From a virus: 64,000 nt of DNA. The stretch lies in the IMG/VR virus record IMGVR_UViG_3300049200_000099, positions 1 to 64,000 of that record; one strand, given 5' to 3'. Shown one piece after another: positions 30,021 to 36,076 of the stretch. Under the pieces are notes generated by a model. The model was not told the DNA's origin. It was given only the letters and a program-made list of their open reading frames with translations, and did no database searches. The position numbers were made by a program, and so were the translations under genes. Position 1 is the stretch's first letter, and the number at the start of each line of letters is the position of its first letter.

Positions 30021-30489
30021 GTCTTTTATTGGTTCTTATTAATGAAATTGTTTGTCTACTGATGTTAAACATTTTACCAATTTCAATAGTTGTTAAATTT
30101 GTAGTGTTCAATAAATTTTTGATTTCTAAAACTTCTTCATCAGTAAGTTTGGCCTGACCATTCTTTTCTCCCTTAGCGCTTTTTAGCCCTGTTGCATAAG
30201 CGTGTTTATGATTATCTGAATGAGTAATCCATTCAAGATTTTCTACTCTGTTATCATGTTTAATTCCGTTTTTATGATTTATGGCTGGCAGATTGTTTGG
30301 ATTAGGAATAAAAGATAATGCAATAAGTCTATGAACTAATTGAGTAGTTTCTTTTTTATTTATGCTAAGACAAACTCTCAAATATCGATCATCCTTCGGA
30401 GACAATATTTTACCATTCAAATTTGATATCCTACCATCAGCAGAGGCTTTATAAGGATAGAAACCGGGTATAGGCAAAAATTCACTCAT
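29998..30489 (-). CDS. HNH homing endonuclease with NUMOD4-type N-terminus
   Basis: FLPIPGFYPYKASADGRISN (NUMOD4-like), then INHKNGIKHDNRVENLEW (HNH) and a C-terminal HTH-like tail. Confidence 0.8.
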   Translation of the reverse strand: MSEFLPIPGFYPYKASADGRISNLNGKILSPKDDRYLRVCLSINKKETTQLVHRLIALSFIPNPNNLPAINHKNGIKHDNRVENLEWITHSDNHKHAYATGLKSAKGEKNGQAKLTDEEVLEIKNLLNTTNLTTIEIGKMFNISRQTISLIRTNKRHASSNNK

Positions 30490-30614
30490 TACTCTTCCTC
30501 CTGGCTTTGAGTATCTGGCGTTTGAGGAACGGTGCCCTTTTTCTTAGGACTTTTTTCTTTGACCTCTACGATCCACTGTAGTAAACAGCTTATTTTTTGT
30601 GTGTGCTTTGCCAT
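30489..30614 (-). CDS. small ORF (41 aa), below the 60-aa track cut-off
   Basis: MAKHTQKISCLLQWIVEVKEKSPKKKGTVPQTPDTQSQEEE. Its TAA overlaps the HNH ATG (TAATG), and its ATG is 4 nt after the upstream stop. Confidence 0.4.
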   Translation of the reverse strand: MAKHTQKISCLLQWIVEVKEKSPKKKGTVPQTPDTQSQEEE

Positions 30615-30618
30615 AAAA

Positions 30619-31164
30619 TTATTTGTGAAATTTTATAAAAACGTAATTGTTTGACCTGTAATCATGACGAGTCCAATACTCTTCTTTTAATGTGTAAGAT
30701 GTATTTTCAAAAACAGACGGATTCTCTTTGTTAATGTAATAAAACTCAATTGCAGGTTCACCAAAAAGCTTCATTAACCAGGAATGTTTTTTATAATGTT
30801 TAACTGCTTTCTCAGGATACATCAAACAATCAACAAATTCCTTAAATGTTATAATTTTTCCTCTGAATTCAACGTTTTGCTTATCGGTAAGCTTGAAGTT
30901 GATATTTATCTTTGATTTACTCCTTACTACAACTTCAACGGTGTGATCTGCTCCAATATGAAAATGATCAATTATGCAGTAATTTTTATGGTCTTTGTTT
31001 AATTTACCTGTATAAACATGAAGGATTCCATTTTCTTCGCATACAATAGCATGCTGGCCGATGGAGGGTAATTCTGTATCAAATTTTTTTCCGTTTTCTA
31101 ACATAGTTTCAGATTTTAAATTTCCTGGAGAGGCAAGGTAGTCTTTTTGGGTTACTCGAACCAT
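30619..31164 (-). CDS. hypothetical protein
   Basis: The listed ORF starts at TTG 31233 and reads through the tRNA-like gene. The ATG at 31164 (MVRVTQKD) avoids it. The ATG at 31104 is also possible. Confidence 0.5.
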   Translation of the reverse strand: MVRVTQKDYLASPGNLKSETMLENGKKFDTELPSIGQHAIVCEENGILHVYTGKLNKDHKNYCIIDHFHIGADHTVEVVVRSKSKININFKLTDKQNVEFRGKIITFKEFVDCLMYPEKAVKHYKKHSWLMKLFGEPAIEFYYINKENPSVFENTSYTLKEEYWTRHDYRSNNYVFIKFHK

Positions 31165-31191
31165 TTTGACTACCGAGCGATCCCCGCTACG

Positions 31192-31264
31192 TGGAGAGGG
31201 ATGGATTCGAACCACCGACCTTCTGCTCTTCAAACAGACGCTCTACCTGCTGAGCTACCAATCC
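31192..31264 (-). tRNA. tRNA-Phe(GAA)-like gene with imperfect acceptor stem
   Basis: GGATTGG TA GCTC AGCAGGTA GAGC G TCTGT TTGAAGA GCAGA AGGTC GGTGG TTCGAAT CCATC CCTCTCC A. The D, anticodon and T arms are canonical. Pairs 4:69 and 5:68 are mismatched. Confidence 0.55.
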
Positions 31265-31533
31265 AAATTTCCCTGTTGCCAGGGAACTCCGTAATTTAAG
31301 CCGAAGCTACCATTACTACAGTTTTACTCAGTTACCTGAGTTCGGGATCACAATTTGCGGTCGTGATCTCCAGCAGTTACCTCCATTGACAGTACCGAAG
31401 TTCCCCTCGTTCGAACTGGAAGCGTTCTTTTCTGTCTTTGTACCTGCGCCATTGCCGCTACCATCACACACTGCATCTGTTTACCAGACTTCAATGTGCT
31501 TGGAATTTGAAACTGTTACGGTTGGATTTCTTG
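31265..31533 (-). ncRNA. structured RNA candidate rich in GNRA/UUCG tetraloop hairpins
   Basis: 10-bp helix 31282-31291/31396-31405, with a G-U pair only in minus sense. Hairpins capped GCAA (31271-31284), GUAA (31326-31341), UUCG (31299-31308) and GUAAA (31475-31489), plus a 6-bp hairpin at 31346-31368. Confidence 0.45.
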
Positions 31534-31611
31534 TGAACCGTCCCGGATTTGAACCGGGGACCTCCTTCTTGCTTGCGCGTGGGTGCTCTGGCCGGGCTGA
31601 GCTAACGGTTC
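31534..31611 (-). tRNA. tRNA-shaped element lacking a foldable anticodon arm (tRNA mimic or pseudogene)
   Basis: GAACCGT TA GCTC AGCCCGGCCA GAGC A [25 nt unpaired] CCCGG TTCAAAT CCGGG ACGGTTC A. The acceptor, D and T arms are perfect. Confidence 0.4.
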
Positions 31612-31621
31612 CAGCCACTGA

Positions 31622-31891
31622 TTACTCAGCAGCCTTATCTTCCGGCATGAACTGATCTTTTGTCGTCTCTGCCATAGCATCTTCCTTGCGATTTGGAAAA
31701 CCTTCGCTGCGAACCTTGTCGTTCTCGGTAGCAGCTTCGTTTTCAGCCATCGGATTTTTCATTTCTTCTTTAGAATCTTTTGATGGATCGCCGTTTTCTT
31801 TGGCATTTTCAGTTACAGGTGCAGTGCTACCTGAGTTCTCACCATTACCTTCATTGGTGGCTTCATTTTTGTTGTTTTCGTCTCCTGACAT
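31622..31891 (-). CDS. acidic, low-complexity (E/N/K-rich) protein
   Basis: 89-aa ORF with an ATG start and a composition suggesting intrinsic disorder. Confidence 0.45.
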   Translation of the reverse strand: MSGDENNKNEATNEGNGENSGSTAPVTENAKENGDPSKDSKEEMKNPMAENEAATENDKVRSEGFPNRKEDAMAETTKDQFMPEDKAAE

Positions 31892-31924
31892 AAAATAGGT
31901 TTTAAATGATTAATTATTTCCTCA

Positions 31925-31932
31925 CAAATGTA
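31925..31932 (-). promoter_or_regulatory. candidate -7 box (TACATTTG on minus strand)
   Basis: TAnnTTTG match in the 119-nt gap, about 34 nt upstream of the ATG at 31891. Confidence 0.3.
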
Positions 31933-32010
31933 GATTAATTTCCGCTTTTAACACTAAAAGCAGTAAAATATTTTATTAACAAAGTTATTGTAGTCTTGTT
32001 TAGATGGATT

Positions 32011-32475
32011 CTAAATAAAAACATACTTGCCGTTCTCAACACCAAGAAAAATAAAAAGCCCATACACGTGATGATACATGTTGTTAATGTCCTTTAAGGT
32101 TGTTTCAATAATGTCCTCTTTTAGGCTATCATAAAGGTATAATTTTCCATTTTGATCTATCTTTCCGCCAACAAGGTGATTTTTTCCTTTATCGGAAAAT
32201 CGGCAATTAATTAACACGGGTAAAAAATGAATACCTTCGCCAACAGGAATATAATGCAACGCAGAGTCCGGTAATTTTATTCCATTATGATCATAGTAAA
32301 GAACATCAATATAAAAAGGGTGGCCATCATCCTGCATCCATTTGGAAAGCTGTCCAATAAAATTACCATTTTTACTTAATTCAAGCCTTTCAGTGGTTAC
32401 AAAATTGTCTAAGTTACATGCGTTGGCGACAGCGTATAGTCCACATCCCCAAGGTTGCTTTTGTTTGTATTTCAT
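32011..32475 (-). CDS. papain-fold cysteine peptidase, C39-like
   Basis: The N-terminal QKQPWGCGLYAVANA has Gln six residues before the Cys, followed by CG. Later NHLVGG...LYLYDS resembles the C39 His...Asp arrangement. Confidence 0.4.
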   Translation of the reverse strand: MKYKQKQPWGCGLYAVANACNLDNFVTTERLELSKNGNFIGQLSKWMQDDGHPFYIDVLYYDHNGIKLPDSALHYIPVGEGIHFLPVLINCRFSDKGKNHLVGGKIDQNGKLYLYDSLKEDIIETTLKDINNMYHHVYGLFIFLGVENGKYVFI

Positions 32476-32942
32476 TTTATTCTGTTATAGTCTCTGCCGG
32501 CAAGGGAGGATTGTCTCATTTTCCATTCTACGGAATCCGGTATCTGCTGGTTAAATTTTGTCTCCAGGTGAAAGCAGATGTCTACAGCCCACTTGAGAAG
32601 CCTGGCTTTGGTCATTCCGCCAATATCCTCATAGATCGTTTGCACTTCACCGGTTATTTCGTTGACCATATCTTCCTTTGCGAATTCCGCCTGGAGCATA
32701 TAGCGAACCCTTACCTTGTCGATCCCCGCCCAGCCTGCGTTTGTATAGGCCTCGACCGCTGCGCGCATCAGAGGCCCAAATATAAAGGCATAGAGGCGTA
32801 ATTTCTCGCTCTTCTTTGAAAGGGCTGTAAGTTCAACATAAATCTCCTGGCCATCGTGCTCCATAAGATACTTAAACAGATCCTCCGGATTCTTCCAAAC
32901 CGGTTTACCGTCTTTAGCGAGTAGAGTGAATGTTACGTCCAT
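32472..32942 (-). CDS. hypothetical protein
   Basis: 156-aa ORF with a 4-nt overlap with the downstream gene. Confidence 0.45.
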   Translation of the reverse strand: MDVTFTLLAKDGKPVWKNPEDLFKYLMEHDGQEIYVELTALSKKSEKLRLYAFIFGPLMRAAVEAYTNAGWAGIDKVRVRYMLQAEFAKEDMVNEITGEVQTIYEDIGGMTKARLLKWAVDICFHLETKFNQQIPDSVEWKMRQSSLAGRDYNRIK

Positions 32943-33092
32943 TTAATCTTTCGAATTTTTTGAAGATGGATAAACTGCTAAAAAAATTGCTGCTGCAATT
33001 ACCCACCCCCAGCCTTCTATATCAAATGTCATCATGTACCACGATAAGGCCAGTAAGCAGAGTGGGAAAACATTATATCCTATAAAATTCAT
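32943..33092 (-). CDS. small membrane protein (49 aa), below the track cut-off
   Basis: MNFIGYNVFPLCLLALSWYMMTFDIEGWGWVIAAAIFLAVYPSSKNSKD. It has an ATGA overlap with the upstream stop, and its TAA abuts the next ATG. Confidence 0.55.
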   Translation of the reverse strand: MNFIGYNVFPLCLLALSWYMMTFDIEGWGWVIAAAIFLAVYPSSKNSKD

Positions 33093-33523
33093 CGTTTTCT
33101 GTTTTTATAATTTTCGTAAAGTTCCAAATGTGTTTGAAAAGTGGGCCATTGGCCGTCAAGGTGAATCATCTGTAGAATGCTTCCATATAAGTATCCTATT
33201 ATCAAAAGGCCAACGATAACGAATTCCATGCCTCTTACCCGGTAAACGGTGATCAGCCACACCAGCAAAAGCCATAGTGAAAGATAAAGGCTGCCATATA
33301 CAAATAAAACCGCTGCCTGTTTCCATTTGTTCTTCCGAATCACTCCAGAATAATATTTTTGAATTAAAGCCTGGTGCTTATGGTAGAGGTTTGTATTTCT
33401 ATTTGTAAAGTCTGGCTCCGGAAGAAGTGCCCTGATGACCACGTATGGAGAAACAGGATAATGGAATTGAATTCCTTCCTGCATTAGCATGTAATTTTTT
33501 AAATTGTCGTTATCGTTGTTCAT
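33089..33523 (-). CDS. membrane protein
   Basis: 144-aa ORF with hydrophobic helices (AAVLFVYGSLYLSLWLLLVWLI, FVIVGLLIIGYLYG). Confidence 0.5.
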   Translation of the reverse strand: MNNDNDNLKNYMLMQEGIQFHYPVSPYVVIRALLPEPDFTNRNTNLYHKHQALIQKYYSGVIRKNKWKQAAVLFVYGSLYLSLWLLLVWLITVYRVRGMEFVIVGLLIIGYLYGSILQMIHLDGQWPTFQTHLELYENYKNRKR

Positions 33524-34547
33524 TTTGTAAATGTTTAGCTAATAGATCAAGAAAGCCTATTTCGGCACAGCCTGCGTAGACGGAGTTTCCAATAGCACGA
33601 AGAAAATCTTCTCTGTAGTTGTGCCCATTAATTGTGCAACCCAGTGGGGGTTCAGCTTTCCCGTTGCTGAGTTGGGGGTGCTCCCATCCGAACTGAGGTT
33701 GTCCTCTTCCGGCGACCCTCGGAGTGGATTTCCTGATCCTCCCCACTCGCTCAGCGTACCAACGGAGTGACCTCCAAGGGCTGTCGGTGTCGGCCAGTTT
33801 TTGTTCACCGCTACCACTAAGTTTGGCGATCCATCCCGATTCTTCTGCGATACTCCCTTGATGTCCCTGGCCAATGGCGTTGGCCAATTCATCCGAACTG
33901 CTATCGATAGGTCCGGACCACAGCCGTTGCCCGTTTTGCCTTTGTGTCTCTCCTTCATCATTTTCTGATGTTCCAAAAAGTGTTCTACCGATTCCTGTCT
34001 CTCCCAAACGGAAGGTGTCGGCCAGGGCAAGGATGAAGAGTCGCTCTCGCTCTTGGGGAGCCCCAGCTTCTTCCGCAGAGTAAATTCCGCTCTCAACACG
34101 GTAACCAATTTCTCGTAAGCTATACTGTACCTCATCGTAACCCAGGGAGAGGTGTCCGGTGACATTTTCGAAGAAACACCAAACAGGTCGGATTGTATCA
34201 ACGTGTCTAAGTATATGTGGGAAAATGTGTCGAGGATCTTCTTTGCCTTTCCTTTTGCCGGCAGACGAAAATGGCTGACATGAATATCCGCCAAGGAGTC
34301 CGTGTATTTTTTTGCGAAAGTAGTGTGCAGGGAAGGTTTTAATATCCGACCACAGAGGCGCCGGATCCAATAAACCTTGTTCCATGCCATACATAAGGTT
34401 TTCAATGATAAAGGTTTCGATTTCCGAGTAAGCGGCAACTCTGAGTTTGGTGCCAAGTGCTGCTTCAACTCCTCTTTCGAGCCCAAGTATTCCGGGACAA
34501 AAGCTGATAATGCTGGGAGATTCGAAGGGATTATCCACATGGGTCAT
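33510..34547 (-). CDS. DNA (cytosine-5)-methyltransferase
   Basis: Motifs in canonical order: I FCPGILGLE, IV GYSCQPFSSAG, VI FFENV, VIII PQERERLF, X AIGNSV. Confidence 0.85.
   Translation of the reverse strand: MTHVDNPFESPSIISFCPGILGLERGVEAALGTKLRVAAYSEIETFIIENLMYGMEQGLLDPAPLWSDIKTFPAHYFRKKIHGLLGGYSCQPFSSAGKRKGKEDPRHIFPHILRHVDTIRPVWCFFENVTGHLSLGYDEVQYSLREIGYRVESGIYSAEEAGAPQERERLFILALADTFRLGETGIGRTLFGTSENDEGETQRQNGQRLWSGPIDSSSDELANAIGQGHQGSIAEESGWIAKLSGSGEQKLADTDSPWRSLRWYAERVGRIRKSTPRVAGRGQPQFGWEHPQLSNGKAEPPLGCTINGHNYREDFLRAIGNSVYAGCAEIGFLDLLAKHLQNEQR
33557..34540 (-). other. 327-codon ORF in the +1 frame of the C5-MTase gene (status unresolved)
   Basis: It has no stop for 984 nt. It carries three WPTP repeats and KLNPHWVAQLMG (motif IX-like). 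See findings. Confidence 0.25.
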
Positions 34548-34907
34548 TTATAGAAAAAATTGATAAAGTAAAATAAGGGAAATGTAGAGCAGGAATTGCT
34601 CAAGGATCATCATAAAGAACATCCATTGCTTTTGGCGGGTATTCCAAAAGTGATTGTAAGCCCTGGAGATGGGCCACTCGATTATAAAGTGAGCGGCCAT
34701 GGATGTGATCGTAAAGCCCGCCAGGAAATTATAGTTACCTGTGTAGTATGTAACACCACAGGCAAAGCAAAAGATGATAAGGCCCCAACTGAAAATGTGG
34801 GCGATCATCATTTCGGTATAGCTATGCTTGTTGTGCTTGACGCTTGGCAGCTGGATCATTTGATCTGCCACGAAGCTGATTGCCATTAGGATTAGGGCTG
34901 TTTTCAT
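34548..34907 (-). CDS. multi-pass membrane protein (possibly DUF3307-like)
   Basis: 119 aa with 3-4 hydrophobic helices. The start region overlaps the upstream gene by 86 nt, so a later Met is possible. Confidence 0.4.
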   Translation of the reverse strand: MKTALILMAISFVADQMIQLPSVKHNKHSYTEMMIAHIFSWGLIIFCFACGVTYYTGNYNFLAGFTITSMAAHFIIEWPISRAYNHFWNTRQKQWMFFMMILEQFLLYISLILLYQFFL

Positions 34908-35391
34908 TTGTATCTGGGTTTGATTTGTTTAAGAGTAATTTCATTTCTGCCTTTGCGGCGTTGTCCATCTTCTTATTCACGTGGCTGCGGGCATCGTCTT
35001 TATCGGTGTGAGCTTGCACGTGCCTGAATTCAACGTTTACCTTACCAAAGATAGGCTTATATTTTTGGAAGTACATGGAAGCGTATCCCGTCATTTGCCG
35101 GAGCTTATACTTTTTTATTTTAACCTGGTCGCGGTTAAAGATGTGGATCGCATTAAGGCAATCGGTGTTCACAATGATCCTGCTTGCTACTTTTACCATT
35201 TCTTTGTTACCGGCAACAACAGCCAAGGCATTAAGGATACACATGATCTCAGCTACTTCCGATCGGTTACACTTCTTTTTCAGGGGTCCTGACATTTGTA
35301 TCCGGCCAAGGTTTGAAATTATGTAGAACGCGTATGTCCCCCTTTGGAGTTTAACGGAGAAGGAAGCGTCTGTATTTATCGTAATAATCAT
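34822..35391 (-). CDS. RNase H (type 1 fold)
   Basis: DEDD-type pattern: INTDASF, SEVAEIMCILNAL, VNTDCLNAI, HVQAHT...KMDNAAK. Confidence 0.6.
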   Translation of the reverse strand: MIITINTDASFSVKLQRGTYAFYIISNLGRIQMSGPLKKKCNRSEVAEIMCILNALAVVAGNKEMVKVASRIIVNTDCLNAIHIFNRDQVKIKKYKLRQMTGYASMYFQKYKPIFGKVNVEFRHVQAHTDKDDARSHVNKKMDNAAKAEMKLLLNKSNPDTNENSPNPNGNQLRGRSNDPAAKRQAQQA

Positions 35392-35567
35392 TTTTCAACA
35401 GTAATGGTTTGCCCAAAAAGCCTGAATAGCCAGATTATTACTTTGGCCTTAGTTCGATTTGCCGTGGAGTAAAGGAACATAGTGTCCCTTGTCCTCATTA
35501 CGCAAAGTCCGCAATGGGTTTTCCCATCACCATCATCGTAGCCTATGATATACTTTGTTCTTTTCAT
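35388..35567 (-). CDS. small ORF (59 aa), just below the track cut-off
   Basis: MKRTKYIIGYDDGDGKTHCGLCVMRTRD... It has ATGA start/stop overlaps at both ends. Confidence 0.5.
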   Translation of the reverse strand: MKRTKYIIGYDDGDGKTHCGLCVMRTRDTMFLYSTANRTKAKVIIWLFRLFGQTITVEK

Positions 35568-36076
35568 GCTGCTATATCAATTTTACCAGCCATTAAGGCC
35601 TCGTAGTTAAATTTACTCTTTATTGCCTGGCGAACATCGATCATCTTGCCATCGTATGCCAGGAAGCGGTTATTGTAAACTTTAACAGCTTGTGGAACCA
35701 TCACCCGGCCGTTAATGAAGTCGAAACCTTTCTCCAGGACCTTATAGAAACCATTTTGGGGGTTCTTATCTTCGCGTTCGCCTGGTAGCGGCTCGATGAG
35801 TCCCCAGAAGCGAAGCTTTGCGATATCACCGCGTACCGAAGAAGGGCAGTCCATTTTCTTTAGGTAATCCTCCACATGTGTATGAATGCCTTTGGCTTGT
35901 TCCGGCGATTGTGATAATAGGATCAGTCCATAGACCATTGATGAAGTTAGTGGGCGCCTGTAGGCCTGCGAATGCTGTGTGCAGCACGGGCAGGTAACAC
36001 CATCGTATAGTTCCTTACGCATTTCTTCCTGAACCTGGGAGATCGTGTGCTCTTTATAAAATTCTGGTTTCTCCAT
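35564..36076 (-). CDS. hypothetical protein with CxxC...C zinc-ribbon-like N-terminus
   Basis: 170-aa ORF containing GVTCPCCTQH. Confidence 0.45.
   Translation of the reverse strand: MEKPEFYKEHTISQVQEEMRKELYDGVTCPCCTQHSQAYRRPLTSSMVYGLILLSQSPEQAKGIHTHVEDYLKKMDCPSSVRGDIAKLRFWGLIEPLPGEREDKNPQNGFYKVLEKGFDFINGRVMVPQAVKVYNNRFLAYDGKMIDVRQAIKSKFNYEALMAGKIDIAA

Noticed and set aside
30619-31233. N-terminal extensions in the ORF track that use TTG/GTG codons (30619..31233, 54891..55394, 56385..56978, 36715..37116, 49635..50369, 16866..17348, 19105..19620)
   Set aside because: Each extension runs through a tRNA-like gene, a hairpin or terminator, or an upstream gene. An in-frame ATG with tight coupling to the upstream stop is available.
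31192-31611. Idea that the two tRNA-like elements are exons of one tRNA split by a group I intron, or together form a tmRNA
   Set aside because: Each element closes its own acceptor stem and has its own T arm. I could not find the group I P/Q/R/S core sequences on the minus strand, a tag reading frame, or a tmRNA-type 5'/3' pairing.
31192-31611. tRNA-like sequences as a phage attachment site (attP)
   Set aside because: No integrase or recombinase gene is recognisable anywhere in the window, so there is no support for an integration module.
31386-31655. 89-aa plus-strand ORF across the tRNA-like/structured-RNA locus
   Set aside because: It runs antisense through the tRNA-shaped element and the hairpin-rich region and has no coupled neighbours. 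The RNA interpretation explains the sequence better.
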